From Phycisphaerales bacterium (GTDB lineage: Bacteria > Planctomycetota > Phycisphaerae > Phycisphaerales > UBA1924): DNA of 64,000 nt. The notes beneath the pieces are model-generated. The model ran no database searches. It worked only from the letters and a program-made list of their open reading frames with translations, and was not told the origin of the DNA. The position numbers were made by a program, and so were the translations under genes. Below are positions 9,185 to 18,293 of the stretch, piece by piece. The DNA is taken from the NCBI GenBank assembly GCA_965227775.1, contig OZ245777.1, positions 576,001-640,000 on the forward strand. The letters are read 5' to 3'. How positions within the stretch are numbered: position 1 is the stretch's first letter; each line of letters opens with the position of its first letter.

Positions 9185-11098
9185 ATGACGACCATCGATA
9201 CCAACGAATCTCACGTGCGAAGCTTGGCGGCTAATCCGCAGGCGGACACCCCCACCGCTCGCTTTGCGGTGCCGACGCGCGGGGCGGGCAACCCCGGGGA
9301 CGACGGCGTGACCACGCCCGGCAGCTTCGCAAACAAGGCCGAGGTTGGCAAGCCGCTGACATTCAGCTCGCCCGACACGCCCAACATGCCGCAGACGAGT
9401 CCGTTCACGGCGTGGGATTTCCTGCCCGAGGGATGGACGATCGAGGCGGCGAGCGATCACGCGAGTGGCTGCTCGGGGCACAACCAGGATGCAATCGGCA
9501 CGTTCATTCGTTGCGTTGCGCCCGACGGCTTCGAACCGATCACCCAGCTCGAGAGCGCGCGGCTCGGTGTCGTTACCGAGCAGATGCGGCGCGTCGCCGA
9601 GCGAGAGGGGCACCTGACGGCAGAGCAGGTGCGCGACGAGGTGGCCGCGGGTCGCATGGTGATCCCCGCGAACGTGACGCACCTGAAGTACAAGCTCGAC
9701 CCGATGGCCATCGGCCGTGCGAGCAAGACCAAGGTAAACGCGAACATGGGCGCGTCGCCGGTCAGCAGCGGGACGGACGAGGAGGTCGAGAAGCTCAAGT
9801 GGGCCGAGAAGTGGGGCGCTGATACGGTCATGGACCTGTCCACCGGTGGCGACCTGGATGAGTGCCGCGAGGCGATCCTGCGTAACAGCACCGTGCCGAT
9901 TGGTACCGTGCCGATCTACAGCATGATCATCGGGCGCAAGCTGACCGACCTGGACGAGCAGATCGTGCTCGACACGCTCGAGCACCAAGCCAAGCAGGGC
10001 GTGGATTACTTCACCATCCACGCGGGTGTTCGGAAGAAGGACCTGAAGTACGTCAAGAACCGGCTCATCGGCATCGTGTCTCGCGGTGGCAGCCTGCTTG
10101 CGAAGTGGATGCTCGAGAAGAACCGCGACAACCTGATGTACACGATGTGGGACGACATCTGCGAGTTGATGCGTCGCCACGACGTGACGTTCTCTATCGG
10201 CGATGGCATGCGGCCTGGCGGGTTGGCCGACGCGACCGATGACGCGCAGCTGGCCGAGTTGGAGACCATCGGCGAGTTGACCGAGCGCGCATGGCGGCAC
10301 GGCGTGCAGGTGATGGTCGAGGGGCCCGGGCACGTGCCGCTGGACCAGATCGAGTACAACATGAAGCTGCAGCGTCGGCTGTGCCACGGCGCACCCTTCT
10401 ACGTGCTCGGGCCGCTGGTGACCGACGTGTTCCCCGGCTACGACCACATTACCAGTTGCATCGGCGCGACGAACGCGGCGTATCACGGCGCGAGCATGCT
10501 GTGCTACGTGACGCCCAAGGAACACCTGGGCCTGCCGAAGAAGGGCGACGTGAAGGAGGGCTGCGTGGCGTACAAGATCGCCGCGCACGCGGCCGATGTG
10601 GCGCTTGGCATTCCCAAGACGCGTGTGTGGGACGATGAGCTGACCCGGGCGCGCGCGGCGCTCAACTGGGAGAAGCACTTCGAGCTGGCCTTCGACACCG
10701 ACACCGCCCGCGCGTATCACGACGAGGACCTGGACGTTGATACCGACTTTTGCGCGATGTGCGGGCACGACTGGTGCAGCGTGCGCATCAGCAAGGAGAT
10801 CCAGGAGTTCGCGAGCGGCAAGGCCGAGGGCTTTGATCGTGGCAAGCCGGTCAAAAGCGCGGCGCTGAGCGAGGAACAGCAGAAGATCCTCGAGCAGCGT
10901 GGCTATCTCAAGCCCGAGGAGATCCACAAGCTGGCCAGCAAGGTCAAGGGCAAGCTACCCGCGACCGACGACGGCAAGGCCGCGTGCCACAGCGATTACG
11001 TGGACGACGAGGACGCGAAGAAGATCCAGGAAGAGACGCTGGTGCAGGTGGATGTGCGGCCGGCGCTGGGGATCGGTAAGGAAGATCTGGTGTACTAG
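9185..11098 (+). CDS. thiC: Phosphomethylpyrimidine synthase ThiC
   Basis: GADTVMDLSTG, IGTVPIY, QVMVEGPGHVP, GYDHITSCIG, YVTPKEHL and the C-terminal CAMCGHDWC cluster motif. Confidence 0.98.
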   Translation: MTTIDTNESHVRSLAANPQADTPTARFAVPTRGAGNPGDDGVTTPGSFANKAEVGKPLTFSSPDTPNMPQTSPFTAWDFLPEGWTIEAASDHASGCSGHNQDAIGTFIRCVAPDGFEPITQLESARLGVVTEQMRRVAEREGHLTAEQVRDEVAAGRMVIPANVTHLKYKLDPMAIGRASKTKVNANMGASPVSSGTDEEVEKLKWAEKWGADTVMDLSTGGDLDECREAILRNSTVPIGTVPIYSMIIGRKLTDLDEQIVLDTLEHQAKQGVDYFTIHAGVRKKDLKYVKNRLIGIVSRGGSLLAKWMLEKNRDNLMYTMWDDICELMRRHDVTFSIGDGMRPGGLADATDDAQLAELETIGELTERAWRHGVQVMVEGPGHVPLDQIEYNMKLQRRLCHGAPFYVLGPLVTDVFPGYDHITSCIGATNAAYHGASMLCYVTPKEHLGLPKKGDVKEGCVAYKIAAHAADVALGIPKTRVWDDELTRARAALNWEKHFELAFDTDTARAYHDEDLDVDTDFCAMCGHDWCSVRISKEIQEFASGKAEGFDRGKPVKSAALSEEQQKILEQRGYLKPEEIHKLASKVKGKLPATDDGKAACHSDYVDDEDAKKIQEETLVQVDVRPALGIGKEDLVY

Positions 11099-12597
11099 TA
11101 GGGCGTGATTGAACGCAAGCCCGCTGCTTCACAACGCACGGCCATGGTTTGGGCGTGGATGTAGGAAGAGATGAACACCGCCGAGCCTCTCGGCGGTGTT
11201 TCAATACCCACCACCGGCCACCCCCACAGCGTCTTGCCGTGGTTCTTGGGATCGTCGTCGATGACGCATGTGACGTTGGCGCTCGCGAGCACCTCGGCGA
11301 TGGCCATGGTGTGGCGGCCGGCACCGTAGATGGCGATGGGTCCTTCGATGTTGGCGAGGGCCTTCGCAGCCCGCTCGGGGGCGTCGGGGGGGACGCTTCC
11401 GCCGGTTGGTTGCGAATGGGCGGACGTGAGCGTGCAGGGTCGATCGAGCGGCCACCAGCAGGGCTCGGCTGCAAGAGTGCTCGCGAACAGCTGCTCGCAA
11501 GCCGCGCCGTGGACTTCAAGGCTGTATCGCTGGGTTGCGCGTTCGTGGGCCGCGGCGCGCATGGCGTCGAGCGTGGTGCGGTCGGACGCGAGCGAGGCGA
11601 TGGCGCTCACGATGCGTCGGGCGATGGCGTGCTCGTCTTCGTGGTAGCCGGCCTCGATCAGCAGCCCGGAGACGCCGTGCTCGATGGCTTCGGTGGCGCC
11701 AGACTCGACACGGGTGACGATCGGCGCAACACCGTTGGCCATCGCCTCGAGCATGGCGACATTGAGCCCCTCGTAGCGCGAGGTCAGGAGCAGCGCGTCG
11801 GCGGCGGCAATCTTCGGGCGCAGCTCGCTCCGGGGCACGCCATCGATCCGGCGCGCGTTGGGAAGGCTTTCGAGGCGCTGATCGACCTCGGCCGCAGCGG
11901 GACCATCGCCCACGAGCGTGAGCCGGTGTGGCACGCCGTCATCGTGTAGGAGTTGGGCGACCTCGCAAAGCACCCCCACCCGGCGTGCCTCGTGCTCCAT
12001 GCGGCCGGGATAGATGAGCTCGATGGGTCGCTGCCTGCGTGGCTCGGGGGGTTCGCCGAGCTCAACGCCATACGGGATCCGGTGAACATCGGTCGATCTC
12101 CACGGCAGGCGCTGGCGCAGCTTGTTGGTAATGTGCTCGCTCACGCAGGCGACGGCCGACAGCATGGGCTCGTAGTTCTGGAGCATTGAGGCGTCGAACG
12201 GGTTGTCGCTGTGCTGCCAGCCGATGACGCGGATGCGGTCGGCGTGGGTCGACGCGAGGGCGGCCGCGGCGGCATAGCAGTTGGCCTCGAGGCTGGGCAG
12301 CACGATGGCTGGCTGAGCCGCTGACCAGCCGAGCGACTCGAGGGCGGTGCGATACGCCTCAACGACAGTGGCGAGCGGCTCGCCCGGCGCGTCGATGGGT
12401 GGCAGGTGGCGCAGGTCGGCGAGCTCGACGCCTGCCCTGAGGTCGTGATCGACACGGGCGTGACGCTCTGGCTCTCGGTGCGCCGCGACGACGACGCGCC
12501 AGCCTCGATCGGCCATCGCACTGGCCAGCCGCAGGCCCCAGCTGACGACGCCGTTGACGCCCAGGCCCTGGGGCATGGCGATGAGCAGCGCTGGCAT
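11095..12597 (-). CDS. GT4-family glycosyltransferase with a C-terminal Rossmann-like domain
   Basis: SRYEGLNVAMLEAMANG (EX7E); C-terminal IAIYGAGRH...VIDDDP. Start at ATG 12597 is inferred. Confidence 0.88.
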   Translation of the reverse strand: MPALLIAMPQGLGVNGVVSWGLRLASAMADRGWRVVVAAHREPERHARVDHDLRAGVELADLRHLPPIDAPGEPLATVVEAYRTALESLGWSAAQPAIVLPSLEANCYAAAAALASTHADRIRVIGWQHSDNPFDASMLQNYEPMLSAVACVSEHITNKLRQRLPWRSTDVHRIPYGVELGEPPEPRRQRPIELIYPGRMEHEARRVGVLCEVAQLLHDDGVPHRLTLVGDGPAAAEVDQRLESLPNARRIDGVPRSELRPKIAAADALLLTSRYEGLNVAMLEAMANGVAPIVTRVESGATEAIEHGVSGLLIEAGYHEDEHAIARRIVSAIASLASDRTTLDAMRAAAHERATQRYSLEVHGAACEQLFASTLAAEPCWWPLDRPCTLTSAHSQPTGGSVPPDAPERAAKALANIEGPIAIYGAGRHTMAIAEVLASANVTCVIDDDPKNHGKTLWGWPVVGIETPPRGSAVFISSYIHAQTMAVRCEAAGLRSITPY

Positions 12598-12688
12598 GTC
12601 GGCGTTGGCGGGCACACCCCACCATCGGTTACTTCGGGGCTCCCAGCGCACTCGCGCGAATCGTCGGACGCGCGCCAACGATTGTCCG

Positions 12689-13585
12689 ATGCCATCGCGT
12701 TATGACCTCATCGCCATCGACCTGGACGGCACGCTCGTCGGCCGCACGGGCGCGATCTCGCAGGAGAACCTGGAGGCGGTTCGGCGCGCGCGGCAGGCGG
12801 GTGTTGGGGTCACCATCTGCACGGGCCGCGTGCTGAGCGAATGCCACGCCGTGCTCGACATGCTCGAGCAGCTCGACCCGGTGGTGGTTTCGGGCGGGGC
12901 GCAGATTGCGTGCGGCCGCGAGCGGCGGACGCTGGACGGGTTGTCGCTCGAGAGCTCGCTGATTGACCGGGTAACCGAGCTTGCCAGCGGGCTCGACCTG
13001 GCGATGATGATCCAGAAGGAACGCAACGACGCGGGGTATGACTATGTGATCCTGCCGGCCGGCGGCGACCCAGACGCCGAGCTGCACCCGGTGCTCAAGC
13101 TCTGGAAGGTCGACAAGAACAAGAACGAGGCGATGGGCGTCTCGTATCGCATCGGTCGTGAGGGGCCGATGCACCACATCCCGAGCGTGCGGGCCGTGGC
13201 GTCGGGGTCGGCCTCGGAGATCGCCAAGCTGAGCGAAGCACTGGCGAACGAGCTCGCGGGGCTCGCGATGTTCCACGCCTTCCCGCTGAGCACGCACGTG
13301 CCCGAGAACGCCGAGCCACCGCATGTTCTCGAGGTCTTCCCGCACAGCGCTGACAAGTGGAGCGCGCTGCAGAAGCTGGCCGATCGCGTCGGTGTCTCGC
13401 ACGATCGCATCGCGGCCATCGGCGATCAGGCCAACGACCTGCACATGCTCGAGGGTGCGGCCCTGGGCGTTGCGATGGGCGAAGCGCCCGAATTCGTGAA
13501 GGCCAAGGCCGACCGCATCGCCGAGCCGTGCGCTGAGCACGGGGTTGCACTGACGATCGACCGCATTCTCAGCGGCGAGTGGTAG
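12689..13585 (+). CDS. Cof-type HAD hydrolase (subfamily IIB)
   Basis: IAIDLDGT, ICTGR, DK and IGDQANDLHML motifs. Confidence 0.9.
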   Translation: MPSRYDLIAIDLDGTLVGRTGAISQENLEAVRRARQAGVGVTICTGRVLSECHAVLDMLEQLDPVVVSGGAQIACGRERRTLDGLSLESSLIDRVTELASGLDLAMMIQKERNDAGYDYVILPAGGDPDAELHPVLKLWKVDKNKNEAMGVSYRIGREGPMHHIPSVRAVASGSASEIAKLSEALANELAGLAMFHAFPLSTHVPENAEPPHVLEVFPHSADKWSALQKLADRVGVSHDRIAAIGDQANDLHMLEGAALGVAMGEAPEFVKAKADRIAEPCAEHGVALTIDRILSGEW

Positions 13586-13589
13586 CGCG

Positions 13590-14441
13590 ATGCAGACGCT
13601 TGCGGAGATCAAGGAGTTGCTCGAGGCCCGCGGGCTGCGCCCGAAGCGATCGCTGGGTCAGAACTTCCTGGCCGACCAGAACCTGATCTTGAAGCTGGTC
13701 GCCGCGTGCGAGGTCGGGCCGGATGATCACGTGCTGGAGGTGGGTCCTGGTACGGGCACGCTTACCGAGGCCCTGCTCGAGACGGGCGCGCAGGTGTTGT
13801 CGTGCGAACTGGATGACGCCCTGGCGGACCTCTTGCGTGAGCGGCTGGGCGATCGCATGAACTTCACCCTGGCGCACGGGGACTGCCTCTACAACCGAAT
13901 CCTGAGTCTCAAGATTGCCAATCTGCTTGGCGACGAGCCGTTTAAGCTCGCTGCGAACCTGCCCTACGGCTGCGCGAGTCCCTTGCTGTCAGACCTGCTG
14001 CTCAACTGGCCGAAGTGCTCGTTGATTGTGGTCACGGTGCAGAAGGAACTTGCCGACCGGTTGCTCGCCAAGCCACGAACACGCGAGTATGGGCCCATCT
14101 CGGTTGTCGCCCAAGCGGCATGCACTGGCGATCGGATTGCAAAGATGCCTCCCGAGTGCTTCTGGCCACGCCCGAAGGTCGACAGCGCAATGGTTCGATT
14201 GCAGCGTCGCGAGAAGCCGATCTGCGATTTGCACGCTCTTGCGATTGTGTGCTCGGCCTTGTTCAAGCAACGCCGCAAACGCATCGCGCAGCCCCTCAAA
14301 GACCTTCTTGGCAACAGCGCTCCGCCCGAGGGCGTGTCGCCCGATATGCGGGCCGAGGAAGTTCCGCTCGAAGCGTTCTGCCGGCTGGCGGATCAGGTCG
14401 CGGCCATGCGAGCGGCCAGCGACGCGATGCGTTCGCCGTAG
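13590..14441 (+). CDS. rsmA: 16S rRNA adenine dimethyltransferase RsmA/KsgA
   Basis: KRSLGQNFL, LEVGPGTG, ANLPY, FWPRPKVDS. Confidence 0.96.
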   Translation: MQTLAEIKELLEARGLRPKRSLGQNFLADQNLILKLVAACEVGPDDHVLEVGPGTGTLTEALLETGAQVLSCELDDALADLLRERLGDRMNFTLAHGDCLYNRILSLKIANLLGDEPFKLAANLPYGCASPLLSDLLLNWPKCSLIVVTVQKELADRLLAKPRTREYGPISVVAQAACTGDRIAKMPPECFWPRPKVDSAMVRLQRREKPICDLHALAIVCSALFKQRRKRIAQPLKDLLGNSAPPEGVSPDMRAEEVPLEAFCRLADQVAAMRAASDAMRSP

Positions 14442-14980
14442 AAGCGCGCGGTCTCGAGATCGCCGGAGGGCGGTGACTCCTCGGGCGAGACGTTGTTCGA
14501 CTGCGCGTAGGCACCCAGGAATCCACCCATGCGGTTTGGCTTGTCGTCGGCACGGCCCGCGTCGTCGCCAGGAGGCATCATGCCCAGCGGCACCCAGATC
14601 ATGCTGTGCTGACCGGCGAAGCACATCAGGTCTTGCAGCGTGTTGAGTTTGTCGCCCGCGAGGCTGCCGCTGTTGCTGAAGCCGCCGGCCAGCTTGTCCT
14701 TCCAGGCTTGCTGGAACCACATGCCGCTGCTGTTCTCCATGAAGACCTTGAGGCCGGCCGTCACAGAGCCCATGTACGTTGGGCAGCCGAAGACGATGGC
14801 GTCGGCTTTCTCCAGCACGTCCCACGGAGGAGCGTACTGGTTGTTCTGGGGCGCGGGGAAGTCTTCGGCGGCGTGCAAAGCAACCTCTGCCCCGGCGTCT
14901 TTGGCACCCTGGGCGACCGCTTCGGCCTGCTTCTTCGTGTGTCCAAAACCACTGTGGTAGACGACAGCGACGAGCGTCAT
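14393..14980 (-). CDS. WrbA-like flavodoxin family protein
   Basis: YHSGFGHT FMN loop, FGCPTYMGS, WKDKLAGGFSNSGS. Confidence 0.92.
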   Translation of the reverse strand: MTLVAVVYHSGFGHTKKQAEAVAQGAKDAGAEVALHAAEDFPAPQNNQYAPPWDVLEKADAIVFGCPTYMGSVTAGLKVFMENSSGMWFQQAWKDKLAGGFSNSGSLAGDKLNTLQDLMCFAGQHSMIWVPLGMMPPGDDAGRADDKPNRMGGFLGAYAQSNNVSPEESPPSGDLETARFYGERIASLAARMAAT

Positions 14981-15028
14981 GGGAGTTTCTCCAGCTTGGA
15001 AGGAAGCGCAAACGTAGCCACCCGACCC

Positions 15029-15454
15029 CTAGCGGTTGACCATGAAGAGCGCCGTCTGCGTGAAGAACACGCGGAGCTCACGGTAGAGGTCGGGCTCAAG
15101 ACCCAGTTCATCGAGCGAGGCGAACATGATCTCGAGCCAGCGTTCGGCGGCGGCGTGGTCGATGGCGAAGGGCATGTGCCGCATACGAAGGCGCGGGTGG
15201 CCGCGCTGGTCGCTGTAGGTCGTTGGGCCCCCGAAGCGTTGGATCAGGAAATCCCGCAGGCGGACTCGGGCCTCTTCCATACATGGCGCGAGCAGCGCAT
15301 CGTCGTTCTCGTCGAGGCCGTGCTGCTGCGCAAGGTGCTGGCGGTACATCGGCCCGAGGATGTCGTCTCCCGGAACGGCTTCGTAGAAGCCGCGCGTGAG
15401 GCGATCGAAGCCCTCGGCGCCGATGCGTTGGTACGGAGTTTGTGGCTCGGTCAC
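15029..15454 (-). CDS. Group II truncated hemoglobin (trHbO-like)
   Basis: FLIQRFGGPTTYSDQRGHPRLRMRHMPF. Confidence 0.93.
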   Translation of the reverse strand: MTEPQTPYQRIGAEGFDRLTRGFYEAVPGDDILGPMYRQHLAQQHGLDENDDALLAPCMEEARVRLRDFLIQRFGGPTTYSDQRGHPRLRMRHMPFAIDHAAAERWLEIMFASLDELGLEPDLYRELRVFFTQTALFMVNR

Positions 15455-15834
15455 CCTGGATCCTTAGCGCTCGACGGGCGGAGCCACAGGCCGCATTCGG
15501 GACACCGATCGCTGGCCAGGTCGGCGAGGTCATAGCCGCAGCAGGGGCAGATGGGCTTCGGTACTGGCACCAGGAAGCGCAAGCCATATCTGCTCAGGAG
15601 CTCAAGCAGTACGGCAACGCCCATCATGGCGATGGATGGCATGAACCAATCAACTCCCAAGAACCGAGGCGCACTCGATCGGTGGGCGTGGAACCAGCTC
15701 TGGTACCTGAATTCAGGAACACGAGCAATGGCTAGGCCGATCGCGGCGACAAGGACGAGCATCGCGAGCACGCGGAGCACTACGCGCACCCTCATGCGTG
15801 TTGCGATGATCTCTCGGGCGGTCGGCACGGGCAT
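15451..15834 (-). CDS. Small 2-TM membrane protein with C-terminal zinc ribbon
   Basis: Two TM segments, then CPCCGYDL...CPECG. Confidence 0.75.
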   Translation of the reverse strand: MPVPTAREIIATRMRVRVVLRVLAMLVLVAAIGLAIARVPEFRYQSWFHAHRSSAPRFLGVDWFMPSIAMMGVAVLLELLSRYGLRFLVPVPKPICPCCGYDLADLASDRCPECGLWLRPSSAKDPG

Positions 15835-15837
15835 GGC

Positions 15838-16236
15838 TCAGTCACTTCCCGATGCGTTTTCATCGCTTGGCGATCCGCGAAGTCGGGTGCCACACTCGGG
15901 GCATCTGTTGCCGCGCAGATCACTCAAGTCGTAGCCGCACTTGGGGCACTTGAGTCGCGGCACCTCGACGATCATCGCCAGGCCGAACTGCGCAACCAGC
16001 GCCAGGACCAGAGCGACGGCGAGGATCGCAATCGGCACGGCGAACCACTCGAAGTCGAGCGGGTGGGGAGACCGCGCGAATCCAGAGGATGCGATCTGCC
16101 GCACATGGAGGAAGTCTCGCAACCGCAGGCCGATCCAGGCCAGTGCGATGATGGTCAGGATGAGCGTGGCGAGTCGGAGCAGGATCCGCACGCGCCACCG
16201 CATCGCGATGACCTCGTTGGCATTCGGCACAATCAT
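15838..16236 (-). CDS. Small 2-TM membrane protein with C-terminal zinc ribbon (paralog of 15451-15834)
   Basis: VPNANEVIAMRWRVRILLR vs VPTAREIIATRMRVRVVLR; CPKCGYDL...CPECG. Confidence 0.75.
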   Translation of the reverse strand: MIVPNANEVIAMRWRVRILLRLATLILTIIALAWIGLRLRDFLHVRQIASSGFARSPHPLDFEWFAVPIAILAVALVLALVAQFGLAMIVEVPRLKCPKCGYDLSDLRGNRCPECGTRLRGSPSDENASGSD

Positions 16237-16520
16237 CAGGACCGCTCGCTACCCAACCGGCCTCCCGCAAGCCATCGGGCGAATGCTGGCTCGAAAAGTA
16301 TCAGCACTCCACCAAGCACGAGGTATCGCAAGATAGCCCCAACGTAGTACGCGTCCTGGTCACCCGACATGCCGTTGCCCGCGTACTCGACACGATACGC
16401 AAACCAGTTGATGATCCAGAAGGCGCTGAAGATCAGGCACAGGCCACCAACGAATCGCACAACCATCGTCGCGACCAGGGCGGGTGTCCAGCGTTGAGGG
16501 CTGTGGCTTGGCTCGGCCAT
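16236..16520 (-). CDS. Small 2-TM hypothetical protein
   Basis: Two hydrophobic segments; 1-nt overlap with the downstream gene and a 2-nt gap to the upstream one. Confidence 0.65.
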   Translation of the reverse strand: MAEPSHSPQRWTPALVATMVVRFVGGLCLIFSAFWIINWFAYRVEYAGNGMSGDQDAYYVGAILRYLVLGGVLILFEPAFARWLAGGRLGSERS

Positions 16521-16522
16521 GA

Positions 16523-17647
16523 TTAGTGCCCGAACAGGTTGGTCTGCGCAAACATGCCGGCCTCGTCGAAGTGGGCGACGGCTTCCTCAACGGTCGAGAA
16601 GATGCGGGTGGCGGTCTCGGTAATGAAGGGGCTGGGAGCCTTGCTCGGACGCCAGACGACGTAGACCTCTTTGGTGTGCTCCCATGCGTGCTGCAGCTCG
16701 CGCTCGACGCCGCTGGAAAGGCCCGGGATGCCGCCGGGAAGCTCGGGGATGTAGCTGACGATCATGTCGCTCTGGTCAATGAGCTTGAAGTCTCGCATGT
16801 AGATCTGGCCGTCGATGTCACCGGCGATGTCGAGGACCTCGCGCGTGCGGACGCGCAGGGGCTTGTCGCTGGCCTTGCCGCCGCCGAAGCTGTGGGGCGC
16901 ATGGTCGAAGAACTCCTGGCCCTGGCGGGCGGCCTCGAGGGCGCGGTCGAGCAGCAGCTTCTCGTCGACGTCGCCCGGGTCGAACGTGATGAACTGCTCG
17001 GCCAGCTTGGCGCGGAAGGCGTCGATCTCGGCCAGCACCTCGGGCATGTCCACCACGTGGCTCATGGGGAAGCTGGGGTAGACCTTTCGCATGTCGGGAC
17101 GACAGACCAGGCGGAACATTGTGCGCACCGTGCTCGCGTGTCGGCCCCGGCTGACGATGTAGAAATCGCTGCCCGGGACAGCCTGGCTCATGAGTTCGGT
17201 GGCGAGCAGCTCTTCTTCGCGCCAGACCATGCAGTCCTTCATGGTGGCGTCGATCTCGTGGTCGCGGTGCAGCCGCTCGTGCACGGTTTCGATGTTGTCG
17301 ACCAGGCAGATGAACAGGTCGGGCTTGAGCTTGTTGATCTGGTCGAAATCGAACGCGCTGAACAGGCCGTGACGCCAGCGGAACGTCGCGTGCGTGTTCA
17401 CGAGGACGTTGGGATGGTCGCGGCTCTCGCTGATGACGTCCTTGAAGGCGGCTCGGCGGAGTGAGTGCAGACGGCTGAGGGGAAGGTCGAGGATGCGGCC
17501 GGGTCGCACATCGGGCGCTTCGGCGTACATCCGATCACCAACGTTGAAGAGTTCGATGCTCTCGCCTTGCTGGCCTGCGAAGGCCGCGACCTCGTCGAGG
17601 TAGTTCTTCTTGTCGAGCCCGATCTGGCCCGTCACGATCGCCCGCAT
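16523..17647 (-). CDS. Archaeal-type adenylate kinase-like domain fused to a nucleoside 2-deoxyribosyltransferase-like domain
   Basis: GGAGG SD before ATG 17647. N-terminus IVTGQIGLDKK and LVNTHATF...KPDLFICLVD; C-terminus KVYPSFPM, RDFKLIDQSDMIV, SSGVERELQHA. Confidence 0.7.
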   Translation of the reverse strand: MRAIVTGQIGLDKKNYLDEVAAFAGQQGESIELFNVGDRMYAEAPDVRPGRILDLPLSRLHSLRRAAFKDVISESRDHPNVLVNTHATFRWRHGLFSAFDFDQINKLKPDLFICLVDNIETVHERLHRDHEIDATMKDCMVWREEELLATELMSQAVPGSDFYIVSRGRHASTVRTMFRLVCRPDMRKVYPSFPMSHVVDMPEVLAEIDAFRAKLAEQFITFDPGDVDEKLLLDRALEAARQGQEFFDHAPHSFGGGKASDKPLRVRTREVLDIAGDIDGQIYMRDFKLIDQSDMIVSYIPELPGGIPGLSSGVERELQHAWEHTKEVYVVWRPSKAPSPFITETATRIFSTVEEAVAHFDEAGMFAQTNLFGH

Positions 17648-17842
17648 TCCGCCCTCCAACGCTGTGAGGTGGGTTTTTGATGGTCTCTCGAGCACCGCAC
17701 GGGGGAACCCGACTCGGAAGTCTATTCGCCGGCGCTGGCCGGGCTTGACCCAACTGGATCACTCCTGAGGGCATCGCTACTCTTGCGACTGGACCGCCGC
17801 GCGGCGAGCCAGGGGGTATCGCCGGCCGCGCTCTTCCGATGC

Positions 17843-17891
17843 GACTTGCCCTGAAGGTCTCTCTCGGATGCATTCAATCAGGGCAGGAGTC
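17843..17891 (+). promoter_or_regulatory. 5' leader hairpin sequestering the SD of the RRM gene
   Basis: GACTTGCCCTGA (17843-17854) pairs with TCAGGGCAGGAGTC (17878-17891), which contains AGGAG. Confidence 0.5.
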
Positions 17892-17897
17892 GGAACC

Positions 17898-18257
17898 GTG
17901 AAGATTTATGTTGGAAACCTCCCCTATGACACCTCCGAGGGCGCCCTTCAGGAGCTCTTCTCTGAGTTCGGCGAGGTCGATAGCGTCTCGCTGATCATGG
18001 ATCGCGAGACCGGACGCCCCCGTGGTTTCGGCTTTGTCGAGATGACCGATGACGCTGCGGCTCGCAACGCGCTTGAGGGCCTGAATGGCAAGGACTTCGG
18101 CGGACGCCCGCTGACCGTGAACGAGGCCAAGCCCCGTGAGGGTGGCGGCGGTCGCGGTGGCTTCGGCGGTGGCCGTGGCGGCGGCGGTGGCGGCTACGGC
18201 GGTGGTCGTGGCGGCGGCGGTGGCGGAGGTGGCGGCGGTGGCTGGGGCCGTCGCTAA
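17898..18257 (+). CDS. RRM RNA-binding protein with a Gly-rich tail
   Basis: RNP2 IYVGNL, RNP1 RGFGFVEM, GGRGG tail; GTG start after AGGAG. Confidence 0.96.
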   Translation: MKIYVGNLPYDTSEGALQELFSEFGEVDSVSLIMDRETGRPRGFGFVEMTDDAAARNALEGLNGKDFGGRPLTVNEAKPREGGGGRGGFGGGRGGGGGGYGGGRGGGGGGGGGGGWGRR

Positions 18258-18293
18258 AGACCATCGGGCTGCTCGCCCGAAACAAAGGTACCT

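Noticed and set aside
9161..10927. 588-aa minus-strand ORF
   Set aside because: Antisense shadow of thiC caused by high-GC codon bias; no motifs.
18140..18250. GGC/GGT tandem repeat
   Set aside because: Encodes the Gly-rich RRM tail; not a CRISPR array or separate element.
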